From positions 57,369-121,368 of the forward strand of contig CAWHAH010000002.1 in NCBI GenBank assembly GCA_963827205.1: a stretch of 64,000 nucleotides of DNA, written 5' to 3'. Shown here one piece after another: positions 19,512-28,864 of the stretch. The notes below the pieces were generated by a model, which made no database searches, was not told where the DNA came from, and saw only the letters and a program-made list of their open reading frames with translations. A program made the position numbers and the translations under genes. The stretch's first letter is position 1; each line of letters starts with the position of its first letter. This DNA is from an uncultured Verrucomicrobiae bacterium. Lineage in GTDB: Bacteria; Verrucomicrobiota; Verrucomicrobiia; Limisphaerales; UBA11358.

Positions 19512-19763
19512 ATGGCTTGGGCTTACATTCTGCGTGGCGATGCGGGGCGGCATTATATCGGCTCAACTACTGATCTGGAGCGCCGACTCCGTGAACACCG
19601 CCGCGGCCATACGCATTCGACAAGGCGTATCGGTGACAATTTGGAGGTTGTGGCAGCAGTAGAAATGGACTCGCTCGACGAGGCACGTGCCTTGGAGCGC
19701 GAGATGAAACGCAAGAAAAATCCCCGGCTGGCGCTCGCATTGCTGCAAGGCCGGTTGTCGTAG
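19512..19763 (+). CDS. Minimal GIY-YIG nuclease family protein
   Basis: 83 aa; AYIL...HYIGST.DLERRL.EH..G..ST...EARALEREMK matches the GIY-YIG core (Y, Y-I-G, R, H, E). Confidence 0.9.
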   Translation: MAWAYILRGDAGRHYIGSTTDLERRLREHRRGHTHSTRRIGDNLEVVAAVEMDSLDEARALEREMKRKKNPRLALALLQGRLS

Positions 19764-19820
19764 AGCAGCCCCGAAAGTTTTCGGGGTTGGTCCCGGGTTC
19801 GAGTCCCGGCCAACCCACCA
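19757..19820 (+). pseudogene. 5'-truncated tRNA-Lys copy with the anticodon arm replaced by CCCCGAAAGTTTTCGGGG
   Basis: TAGAGCAG + palindrome (19769-19786); 19786-19820 is identical to tRNA 19459-19493, including CCA. Confidence 0.9.
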
Positions 19821-20100
19821 CTCCACCCGATGAAGATTTTTCGACGAGGAGCGACCACGGCAAAGCCGTGGAACCACGAGCTTTTTTGCAGTCGAGGACC
19901 GGGTTCGAGCTGACGATTTCAAGAGCAAGAACCCGCTCCTGTTGAAGCGAACCAGAAACAGCGGTTTAATCCACGTTTTCAGCGTCTAATACCATTGCTT
20001 GCATTGCAGGGGCGGTCTGTGACCGCCGCTACAGTAAATTAAGGAGCAACCGCTGGCAAAATGATGTGGCGATTCCGCCGTCAGCCGCTAACCTGTCGCC

Positions 20101-21159
20101 ATGCGTTTTATTGGCAGTGTCATCGAAAAATTGCAGCGGCACCCGAAGCGGGTGGTTTTTCCCGAAGGCGAGGAACCCCGCATCCTGCAGGCGGCGCGGC
20201 AGTTTCATGCCTTGCGGCTCGGTGCGCCCATCGTGCTCGGCAACCAGGCAAAAGTGAAGGCAACCGCCGCGGGACTGAACATTCCACTCGAGAACATCCG
20301 CGTCATTGATCCCGCCGCGAGCGAGGAGTTGGACAATTTCGCCCGGCGTTTTCATGCGCTTTACCGCGACAAGGGCATTCGCGCCACCGAAGCGCGCGAG
20401 GCGCTGCTTCAGCCGAATTTTTTCGGCGCGATGATGATCGCCATGCACCAGGCGGACGGCCTGGTTTCCGGCGCGGCGCACATCACCGGCAGTGTCCTGC
20501 GGCCGTTGATCCAAATTGTCCAGGCCGCGCCCGGCATTGCGACGGTGTCGAGTTGCATGGTTATGGAGGTTGAAGACACGCGCCTCGGCGAAAACGGCGT
20601 GCTGTTCATGGCCGATTGCGGCGTGGTGCCCGAGCCCAGCGTGGAGGAGCTGGCCGACATCGCCATCACCACTGCGCGGCTCGCGCGGCATCTGCTCAAC
20701 GTGCGCCCGCGCGTGGCGTTGCTGTCGTTTTCCACCAAGGGCAGCGCGACGCATCCGTCGGTCGGCAAGGTGCAGGCGGCCACGGCCCTGGCCAAACTCA
20801 AGGCCGAGCAATCGCTGCTGGAAGCCGATTTCGACGGCGAATTGCAGGTGGACGCCGCCCTGGTCCCGGAAATTGCCGAGCGCAAAATGCTCGACAGCAA
20901 GATCGCCGGGCGCGCGAACGTGCTGATTTTCCCCGAACTGAATTCCGGCAACATCGCCAGTAAACTCGTCCGGCTGGTCGGCCACGCCAACGCCTACGGA
21001 CACATTTTGACCGGCCTGAACCGCCCCGCCGCCGACGTGACGCGCGGCTCGAACGCGCACGACATTCTCGGCGTCGCCGCCATCATCGGCGTGCAGGCGA
21101 CCGATTATCACAAGCTTTATCCCAACGCCGACCCGCGTCTGCCCGGCGACGAGCCATAA
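20101..21159 (+). CDS. pta: Phosphate acetyl/acyltransferase (PTA_PTB family)
   Basis: KRVVFPEGEEPRIL, MADCGV, VALLSFSTKGS, DGELQVDAAL, ANVLIFP.L.SGNI. Confidence 0.88.
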   Translation: MRFIGSVIEKLQRHPKRVVFPEGEEPRILQAARQFHALRLGAPIVLGNQAKVKATAAGLNIPLENIRVIDPAASEELDNFARRFHALYRDKGIRATEAREALLQPNFFGAMMIAMHQADGLVSGAAHITGSVLRPLIQIVQAAPGIATVSSCMVMEVEDTRLGENGVLFMADCGVVPEPSVEELADIAITTARLARHLLNVRPRVALLSFSTKGSATHPSVGKVQAATALAKLKAEQSLLEADFDGELQVDAALVPEIAERKMLDSKIAGRANVLIFPELNSGNIASKLVRLVGHANAYGHILTGLNRPAADVTRGSNAHDILGVAAIIGVQATDYHKLYPNADPRLPGDEP

Positions 21160-21163
21160 AAAT

Positions 21164-22255
21164 ATGAAAATCAATCCCGCCCTGAACAATCTGCCGGTGT
21201 ATCAGCCCGGCCGTCCGATTGAGGAAGTCGCGCGCGAACTGGGCCTGTCCGCGGCCGGCATCATCAAGCTGGCGTCGAACGAAAATCCGCTGGGGCCGTC
21301 GCCGCTGGCGCTGGCGGCGATGCAAAAGGCGCTGGCGGGTGTGAATTTGTATCCCGACGGGAACGCGTTTTATCTCAAGCAGAAACTGGCGGCCAAACTC
21401 GGGGTCGAACCGGCGAACCTGATTTTGGGCAACGGCTCGAACGAAATCATCGAGTTTATCGGGCATGCGTTGCTGGCGCCGGGTGCGGACGTGGTGGTGT
21501 CGCAATACTGTTTTGCGGTTTATCCGATCGTCACGAAACTGTTTGGGGCCAACCTGATCACCGTGCCGGCGAAGAACTACGGGCACGATTTGGCGGCGAT
21601 GCTGAAGGCCCTGACGCCGCGCACGCGCATCGTGTTCGTGGCGAACCCGAACAATCCCACGGGCACGCGCGCGGCGCGCGAGGAGGTCAGCCGGTTCATC
21701 AACGCAGTGCCGGAAGAGGTGCTGGTGGTGATGGACGAGGCCTACATTGAATTTTTGAATGACCCGGTGGATTTGTCACCGTTAGTCCACCAAAACCTCC
21801 GGCCGAACCTGATATTGCTGCGGACATTTTCAAAGATATACGGCCTGGCCGGCCTGCGCATCGGTTACGGCATCGGGAATTCGGGCTTCGTTGCGGCGCT
21901 GGAAAAGATTCGGCAGCCGTTCAATCTGAATCTGCTGGCGCAGACTGCGGCGCTGGCGGCGCTGGACGACGTGGAACACATCCGCCGGACGCGGCAGAAC
22001 AATTTTGCCGGATTGGAATATTTCGAGCGGGCGTTCGGTGATATGAAGGTCGAATTCATCCCGTCGGCGGCGAATTTCATTTTGGTGCGCGTGGGCGACG
22101 GGCAAGGGGTGTTTGAGGCGCTGCAAAAGGCAGGGGTGATCGTGCGACCGATGGGCGGGTATCAATTGCCGGAATGGATTCGCATCACGATCGGCACACC
22201 GCAGGAAAACGAGCGATGCCTGGCGGCATTGAAGATGGCGCTGAAGCGAAAGTAA
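21164..22255 (+). CDS. hisC: Histidinol-phosphate aminotransferase
   Basis: KLASNENPLG, NPNNPTG, DEAY, RTFSKIYGLAGLRIGY. Confidence 0.95.
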   Translation: MKINPALNNLPVYQPGRPIEEVARELGLSAAGIIKLASNENPLGPSPLALAAMQKALAGVNLYPDGNAFYLKQKLAAKLGVEPANLILGNGSNEIIEFIGHALLAPGADVVVSQYCFAVYPIVTKLFGANLITVPAKNYGHDLAAMLKALTPRTRIVFVANPNNPTGTRAAREEVSRFINAVPEEVLVVMDEAYIEFLNDPVDLSPLVHQNLRPNLILLRTFSKIYGLAGLRIGYGIGNSGFVAALEKIRQPFNLNLLAQTAALAALDDVEHIRRTRQNNFAGLEYFERAFGDMKVEFIPSAANFILVRVGDGQGVFEALQKAGVIVRPMGGYQLPEWIRITIGTPQENERCLAALKMALKRK

Positions 22256-22300
22256 ACTCGGCCTTGGCGTCTGTAGACGAGTCATCACGAAATTCGGATT

Positions 22301-22816
22301 ATGAAAATAAATTTCAGAATATTTGACGTGATAGTGGTTGCTGTAGTCGCAGGAATGGTTTCAGCCGGATGCAGAACACTTTCGCCAGCGGGTGTTGAAG
22401 GACCTCAATCCACTATGGGATTCAATGGGCCACTCAAATTGGTCGCGAAATATAAACCACTGCACCTTTACATTTATGCTGATGTTGCTTCGACAAATAA
22501 ACATCCTGATTTTATAATATTTCAGCGAAATGAGCCTTTAGTTATTGCAGATAACAAAACAAACACAGTTGAAATTATTCTCTGCGAGGAAAATTTTCGC
22601 GGCCAGTTTGCAACAACCTACGATTATAAGGGACAAATTTTGAAACGTTCTTTTGGCACACAAAACGGTGATTCCATGCAAACAAACTACCTCTACTTTG
22701 ACACCAATGGTGATGGTCAGTGGGACAAATTTTTGATGGACGGAGCGGAAAATGGGAGCATAAAGGCATATGATCGAAGCAATCTTTGTTGGGTGCCCAG
22801 GGTTCAGGAAAAATAG
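22301..22816 (+). CDS. Hypothetical lipoprotein
   Basis: AT-rich 171-aa ORF; signal peptide ending SAGC; DTNGDGQWD loop. Confidence 0.65.
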   Translation: MKINFRIFDVIVVAVVAGMVSAGCRTLSPAGVEGPQSTMGFNGPLKLVAKYKPLHLYIYADVASTNKHPDFIIFQRNEPLVIADNKTNTVEIILCEENFRGQFATTYDYKGQILKRSFGTQNGDSMQTNYLYFDTNGDGQWDKFLMDGAENGSIKAYDRSNLCWVPRVQEK

Positions 22817-22902
22817 CGCGGCCATCCGGCCCGCCATGTCGCGTCTGGCCTAAAAGCTCGTTTTTCCTTTTCCCTTCCTCTATTCACCTTCATTTTAATG
22901 GC

Positions 22903-23820
22903 GTGGAGTTGTCCACCGCAGAAATCCGTCAGGCTGTCAAGCTCGCCCTTGCCGAGGACATCGGCAGCGGCGACGCCACGACTCTGGCCACCGTGCCCGA
23001 AACCGCGACAGCCAAAGCCGTCATGCGGGCGCGCGAGCCGCTCGTCGTGGCCGGACTCGCCTTCGCCGAAGCCGCGTTCACTGAACTTTCATCCGAGGCT
23101 CCGAAAGCTGCTAATGATAAAAAGCCGGGGACCCGGTTCATCCGCCGGTCTGACGTCACGACGCTCAAAATTGAACGCCTCGTTCAAGATGGCCAGCACG
23201 TCAATGAGAACGAAACCCTGCTGAAAATTTCCGGGCCGGCGCGCGCCCTGTTGAGCGCCGAGCGGGTCGCGTTGAATTTCGTCCAGCGGCTTTCCGGCAT
23301 CGCCACGCTGACCGCGCAATTTGTCGAAGCCGTCAAAGGAACTCACGCGCAGATTCTGGACACGCGCAAAACCACGCCCGGCTGGCGGCGTTTCGAGAAA
23401 TACGCCGTCACCTGCGGCGGCGGACACAATCATCGCCTCGGCCTGGACGATATGGTGCTCATCAAGGACAATCACCTCGCGGCGCTGCGCGGTGAAAAAC
23501 CGAATGCCATCGCCGCCGCCGTCCAGCGCGCGCGCGAAAAGTTTCCGAACCTGAAAATCGAGGTCGAAGCCGATACGCTGGAGCAGGTCGTGCAAGCCGC
23601 CGACGCGTGGGCGGACATCATTTTGCTCGACAACATGAACCCGATACAACTGCGGCTGGCGGTGCAGAAAGTCAAAGGCCGCATGAAGACCGAAGCCAGC
23701 GGCGGAGTGAATCTGGCAAACGTCCAGGCGATCGCGAAGACCGGCGTGGACTTTATTTCCGTCGGCGCGCTCACGCATTCCGCGCGCGCGGTGGACATTG
23801 GTTTGGATTTTGAGGACTGA
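22903..23820 (+). CDS. nadC: Quinolinate phosphoribosyltransferase
   Basis: ALAEDIGSGDATT, ERVALN, DTRKTTPG, HRLGL.D.VLIKDNH, EASGG; start set at GTG 22903. Confidence 0.95.
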   Translation: MELSTAEIRQAVKLALAEDIGSGDATTLATVPETATAKAVMRAREPLVVAGLAFAEAAFTELSSEAPKAANDKKPGTRFIRRSDVTTLKIERLVQDGQHVNENETLLKISGPARALLSAERVALNFVQRLSGIATLTAQFVEAVKGTHAQILDTRKTTPGWRRFEKYAVTCGGGHNHRLGLDDMVLIKDNHLAALRGEKPNAIAAAVQRAREKFPNLKIEVEADTLEQVVQAADAWADIILLDNMNPIQLRLAVQKVKGRMKTEASGGVNLANVQAIAKTGVDFISVGALTHSARAVDIGLDFED

Positions 23821-23862
23821 ACCACGGATGAACTCAGATGAACACTGACAAATTTAAACGAG

Positions 23863-23925
23863 CCCCTCACCCCGTCCCTCTCCCCGCTAGGCGGGGAGAG
23901 TGTAGCCTCTGGCCGGGTGAGGGGG
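23863..23925. repeat. CCCTCACCC..GAGAG palindromic element
   Basis: cccctcaccccgtccctctccccgctaggcggggagag...ccgggtgagggg. Confidence 0.75.
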
Positions 23926-23977
23926 TTCTTTTTCCCGGCATTCGTGTCCTTTCGAGGTCGCTGCTGGTTGATAATTC

Positions 23978-24958
23978 ATGACCACTGACGCAAAAATTCT
24001 CACCGCGTTGCGCGCGCATCCCGACGGCGTATCAGGCGCCGACCTCGCGGAGCAGTTGGGTGTCACGCGCGCGGCGATTTGGGGGCACATCGAGGCATTG
24101 CGCCAGCTCGGCTATGACATCGAGGCCGGCCCGCACTTCGGCTACCGCCTCGTGAGCGCGCCCGACGCGCTTTACGCGGATGATTTGCTGGCGCGCCTGG
24201 GCAAAACAAAAATCGTGGGACGCGACATCCACGTGTTCGAGCAGACAACTTCCACGAATGACGTGATTGAAAAGCTCGCGCGCGACGGCGTGAAGGAAGG
24301 CGCGGTGGTTTTTGCCGAATCGCAAACGAAAGGCCGGGGCCGGCTTGGTCGCGCGTGGATGTCGCCGGCGCGAAAAGGGCTTTGGTTTTCCATTTTGTTG
24401 CGGCCGGAGTTGCGTCCGCAGGAAACGACGCAACTCACCGTCGCTTCTGCTACGGCCCTTCGGCGCGCGATCCAGTCCGAAACCGGCCTGAACCCCGAAA
24501 TCAAATGGCCGAACGACATTTTGATTGGCGGCAAAAAAGTCGCGGGCATCCTGACCGAGTTGAGCGCCGAATTGGATCGCATCAAACACGTCATCCTCGG
24601 CGTCGGCGTGGACGTGAACCTGGGTGCGAACGAGTTTCCGCAGGAGTTGCGCAAGCTGGCCACCTCGCTGAAAATTGAAACCGGCAAAGCGGTTTCCCGG
24701 CCGGAACTGGCGACGGCCATTTTGCGCGAACTGGATTGCGACTACGCCCGTGTCTGCGGCAACTTGTTTGCAAACGTAGCCGACGAGTGGGAAGCGCATT
24801 GCACGACGATTGGCCGCGTGGTGACGATCCGGGTCGGCGGGCGGCAGGTTCGCGGTCGGGCCGAGTCGCTGGATGACGATGGTGCGTTGTTGTTGCGGAC
24901 CGAACACGGCCATTTGGAACGCATCACGGGCGGGGATGTAACGTTGGAAAATAAATGA
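23978..24958 (+). CDS. birA: Bifunctional biotin ligase/repressor
   Basis: N-terminal HTH; STND, QTKGRGRLGRAW, IKWPND, KVAGIL. Confidence 0.96.
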   Translation: MTTDAKILTALRAHPDGVSGADLAEQLGVTRAAIWGHIEALRQLGYDIEAGPHFGYRLVSAPDALYADDLLARLGKTKIVGRDIHVFEQTTSTNDVIEKLARDGVKEGAVVFAESQTKGRGRLGRAWMSPARKGLWFSILLRPELRPQETTQLTVASATALRRAIQSETGLNPEIKWPNDILIGGKKVAGILTELSAELDRIKHVILGVGVDVNLGANEFPQELRKLATSLKIETGKAVSRPELATAILRELDCDYARVCGNLFANVADEWEAHCTTIGRVVTIRVGGRQVRGRAESLDDDGALLLRTEHGHLERITGGDVTLENK

Positions 24959-25036
24959 ATCCGCTATTTCGCGCATGGACACGAATTTCCTGGAACCAAG
25001 GCTGCGTTCGCGCGAATTAGCGTAATTCGCGGATTT

Positions 25037-25795
25037 ATGCTTTTGCTTTTCGACATCGGTAACACGAACACGCACCTTGGTCTGGCCAATGACCGGCGCG
25101 TGGTGAAGAACACGAATATGCCCACATCGCTTTGGTTTCGGGGCGCGGCGGGAATGCTGGTGAAAAAATTCGTGGGCCGCGCGAGTCTGGAAGGCGTGGC
25201 GCTGTGCAGCGTGGTGCCGCGCGCAACGCCACACGTCCGCAAAACCGTCCGACGATTCTGGGATTTGAACGCATTCGAACTCACGCCGAAAACCCTGCGC
25301 GGTATCGGCATTGATTATCCGAAGCCGGATACAATCGGGCAGGATCGCCTGGCGAACGCCGTGGCCGCGCGCAAGCGCTTCGGCGCGCCGGCGGTGGTGG
25401 TGGATTTCGGGACGGCGGTCACGTTTGATGTCGTCAATCGCGCGGGCAATTACGCCGGCGGCATCATTGCGCCGGGGCTGGCGGCGATGACGGATTATCT
25501 GCACGAGAGAACGGCGTTGCTGCCGCGCATCAAAATCCGCGAAGTCCGAACCGCGGTTGGCCGGAGCACGGAGCAAGCGATGCTGGTCGGCGCGGTGCAT
25601 GGTTATCGCGGGTTGGTTCGGGAATTGATCGCCGAATTGAAGCGCGAATTGAAAGTGAAACGTTTGCCGGTGGTGGCGACGGGCGGTTACGCCGGATTGA
25701 TTGCCGCACGTTTGCCGGAAATTTCAGCCGTCGAACCCAACCTGACACTTGAAGGATTGCGACTCGTCTGGCGGGCGTTGGAATTCAAGCTTTAG
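25037..25795 (+). CDS. coaX: Type III pantothenate kinase
   Basis: FDIGNTN, GQDR, VVDFGTAVT, GGIIAPG, ATGG. Confidence 0.95.
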   Translation: MLLLFDIGNTNTHLGLANDRRVVKNTNMPTSLWFRGAAGMLVKKFVGRASLEGVALCSVVPRATPHVRKTVRRFWDLNAFELTPKTLRGIGIDYPKPDTIGQDRLANAVAARKRFGAPAVVVDFGTAVTFDVVNRAGNYAGGIIAPGLAAMTDYLHERTALLPRIKIREVRTAVGRSTEQAMLVGAVHGYRGLVRELIAELKRELKVKRLPVVATGGYAGLIAARLPEISAVEPNLTLEGLRLVWRALEFKL

Positions 25796-25877
25796 CTTGT
25801 TCACGTGAACGGACTGAAGCCCGCTCCAGCAATTCCGCCATTGCCCCTGCGCTCAACTTTCCCCAAAATCCCACGCT

Positions 25878-28796
25878 ATGGCAAGTGGCCGCCGACAATA
25901 TCCGTTTCATTTAATCGAGCCTAAATGGCAGCAATTTTGGAACGAACAGCAGACCTTTCGCGCTTGGAATCCAGGTGAAAAAATTCTTAAGAACCATCCC
26001 TTTGCGCAACGGCATGGCGCTGATTCCATGGTGGCCGGCAAGGTGGCCGACTGCAAAGTCCCCAAATTTTACATTCTCGACATGTTTCCCTACCCGTCCG
26101 GGGCCGGCCTGCACGTCGGGCATCCGGAAGGCTATACCGCTACGGACATCCTCGCCCGCTACAAACGCGCGCTCGGCTTTAACGTGCTGCATCCGATGGG
26201 TTGGGACGCTTTTGGCCTGCCCGCCGAGCAATACGCCGTCAAGACCGGCCAGCATCCGCGCCAGACGACCGAGGCGAACATCGCGACGTTCAAGCGGCAG
26301 ATTCAATCGCTCGGTTTCAGCTACGACTGGTCGCGTGAACTGGCCACCACCGACCCGGATTATTTCAAGTGGACGCAATGGATTTTCCTGAAGCTCTACA
26401 ATTCGTGGTTCAATCCGGAGACGAACAAGGCCGAGCCGATTGAGACACTGAAGTACCCGGCGGAACTTGGTCGGGACGCGCTGCCGCGCGTCCGGGCTGA
26501 CCGGCAGGTCAGCCCTACCGATGATGCGGACGTCGAAGCCAAACGCCGCGAGTATCGCGATTCCAAACGCCTCGCGTACGTCAGCGAGCAACCCGTTTGG
26601 TGGTGTGAGCAACTCGGAACGGTTTTGGCGAACGAGGAAGTCGTGGATGGCAAAAGTGAAGTCGGCGGATTTCCCGTTGTCCGCAAGCCGATGCGCCAAT
26701 GGATGCTCCGCATCACTGCCTATGCCGAGCGATTGCTGAACGACCTCCACTCGATTGACTGGAGCGAGTCGCTCAAGGAAATGCAGCGGAACTGGATTGG
26801 TCGCAGCGAAGGCGCGGAAGTGGACTTTGCGATTGCGGATTGCGGAACGCGGAGTGCGGAATCCGGGAAACGCATACGCGTTTTCACCACGCGCCCCGAC
26901 ACACTTTTCGGTGCTACCTACATGGTGCTCGCGCCGGAACATCGCCTGGTAGATGAAATTACCACCGAAGAACAATGCGATGCGGTCGAGAATTATCGCG
27001 AACGCACGGCGCGCAAAAGCGAACTTGAACGCACCGAACTCGCGAAGGAAAAAACCGGCGTGTTCACCGGCGCTTACGCCATCAATCCCGTCAACGGTGA
27101 GAAGATTCCCATCTGGATTGCCGATTACGTCCTCGCGAGCTACGGCACGGGAGCCATTATGGCCGTGCCGGCGCATGACACGCGGGATTTTGAGTTCGCC
27201 ACCAAGTTTAATCTTCCGATCATTCAGGTGGTTCAACCGCCCGACCCGAAAACTGACTGGCGCGGTTTCGTAGATGACGGCACTTCGGTCAACTCAACCG
27301 GCCCGGAAATTTCCATCACCGGTTTGCCCACCGCCGAAGCCAAAAAGAAAATCACCGCTTGGCTCGAATCAAAAGGTTTCGGCAGGAAAACCGTCAATTA
27401 CAAACTCCGCGACTGGTTATTCAGCCGCCAGCGGTACTGGGGTGAGCCGTTCCCGATTGTCTGGAAGCGCGATCCCGCCGGACCTGGCGGTCAGCCACCA
27501 TATCACGAAGCGTTGCCGGAAAGCGCGTTGCCCGTGCTGCCGCCGACGCTCGAAGATTACAAACCCACCCCCGACGGCCAGCCGCCGCTGGCCCGCGCGA
27601 AGGATTGGGTAAATTTGCCAGACGGTTCAACGCGCGAGACGAACACCATGCCGCAATGGGCCGGTTCCTGCTGGTATTATCTGCGTTTTCTCGACGCAAA
27701 AAATCCGGACGCGTTCGTCGGCAAGGAAGCGGAACAATACTGGATGGGCACGGTAGGGCGCGCTGTCCCCAGCGCGCCGCGGCCGGCTGGAATAGTCGGC
27801 CCTACCCCCGGCGTGGATTTATACGTTGGCGGTACCGAGCACGCCGTCCTCCACCTGCTTTACGCCCGCTTCTGGCACAAGGTTTTGTTCGATCTCGGTT
27901 ATGTCTCAACACCCGAACCATTTTTCAAGCTCGTCAATCAGGGCATGGTGCTGGGCGAGGATAACCAGAAGATGTCGAAGTCGCGCGGCAACGTGATTCC
28001 CGTGGACGTGCCAGTACAGGAAGTCGGCACGGACGCATTCCGGCTTTACGAGATGTTCATGGGTCCGCTCGAAATGGTGAAGCCGTGGAGCACCCGGGGC
28101 GTCGAAGGCGTTTACCGTTTCCTCGGCCGCGTGTGGCGGCTGTTCGCGGACGAAAAAAGCGAAACAGAGTTTGAACAAGCCGAGACGACCACCGACACCC
28201 GTAGCCGCGGATGTGAATCCGCGGACCTCCGCGCTTTCACAAGCGCAGCTACGAAGTTGCTGAACTTGATCAAACTCAGCCCGGCCATCAAAGATGTCGA
28301 ACCAACGCCTGCACAGTTGAAGGCGCTGCACACCTGCATCAAAAAAGTGACGGAAGATTTGGACAACTTTCGTTTCAACACCGCAGTTTCCGCGCTCATG
28401 GTTTTTGTGAACGAAGCGATGGCCTGGGAAACGAAGCCGGTTTCCGTCCTGCGCGATTTTTTGGTTCTGCTCGCCCCCTTCGCGCCGCACCTGGCGGAAG
28501 AATTGTGGGAACGCCTTCACGTTTCACGCATCACGGATCACGCACCAGTTCCCAGCCTCGCGTATGCAGCATGGCCAAAATTCAATTCGGCGTTGCTGGT
28601 GGAATCTGAAATTGAAATTCCCGTGCAAGTAAACGGCAAGTTGCGCGACGTTATCAAAGTCCCGGCCAACGCCGACAATGCCACGCTCGAAGCGGCCGCC
28701 AGGGCATCCGAAAAAGTGCAGCCGTTCGTCGCCGGCAAGACCATCAAGAAAGTCATCGTCGTGCCAAAGAAACTGGTGAACTTGATTGCGACGTAG
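25878..28796 (+). CDS. leuS: Leucine--tRNA ligase with several in-frame repeat-derived inserts
   Basis: [43 protein letters not shown]. Confidence 0.97.
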   Translation: MASGRRQYPFHLIEPKWQQFWNEQQTFRAWNPGEKILKNHPFAQRHGADSMVAGKVADCKVPKFYILDMFPYPSGAGLHVGHPEGYTATDILARYKRALGFNVLHPMGWDAFGLPAEQYAVKTGQHPRQTTEANIATFKRQIQSLGFSYDWSRELATTDPDYFKWTQWIFLKLYNSWFNPETNKAEPIETLKYPAELGRDALPRVRADRQVSPTDDADVEAKRREYRDSKRLAYVSEQPVWWCEQLGTVLANEEVVDGKSEVGGFPVVRKPMRQWMLRITAYAERLLNDLHSIDWSESLKEMQRNWIGRSEGAEVDFAIADCGTRSAESGKRIRVFTTRPDTLFGATYMVLAPEHRLVDEITTEEQCDAVENYRERTARKSELERTELAKEKTGVFTGAYAINPVNGEKIPIWIADYVLASYGTGAIMAVPAHDTRDFEFATKFNLPIIQVVQPPDPKTDWRGFVDDGTSVNSTGPEISITGLPTAEAKKKITAWLESKGFGRKTVNYKLRDWLFSRQRYWGEPFPIVWKRDPAGPGGQPPYHEALPESALPVLPPTLEDYKPTPDGQPPLARAKDWVNLPDGSTRETNTMPQWAGSCWYYLRFLDAKNPDAFVGKEAEQYWMGTVGRAVPSAPRPAGIVGPTPGVDLYVGGTEHAVLHLLYARFWHKVLFDLGYVSTPEPFFKLVNQGMVLGEDNQKMSKSRGNVIPVDVPVQEVGTDAFRLYEMFMGPLEMVKPWSTRGVEGVYRFLGRVWRLFADEKSETEFEQAETTTDTRSRGCESADLRAFTSAATKLLNLIKLSPAIKDVEPTPAQLKALHTCIKKVTEDLDNFRFNTAVSALMVFVNEAMAWETKPVSVLRDFLVLLAPFAPHLAEELWERLHVSRITDHAPVPSLAYAAWPKFNSALLVESEIEIPVQVNGKLRDVIKVPANADNATLEAAARASEKVQPFVAGKTIKKVIVVPKKLVNLIAT

Positions 28797-28864
28797 CGGC
28801 TTTCGGCAGAAAGCCGCCATCCAAAATGCTGGAAGTTTGTGGCGCTCCGCCGAGGCGCCGCTAC
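28793..28864. repeat. GTAG-type REPIN between convergent leuS and sahR-like genes
   Basis: GTAGCGGCTTTCGGCAGAAAGCCGC ... GGCGCTCCGCCGAGGCGCCGCTAC. Confidence 0.75.

Noticed and set aside
19895-19910. Extra CCGGGTTCGAG match to the tRNA T arm downstream of the locus
   Set aside because: Only 11 nt, with no pairing strand or acceptor end; could be chance.
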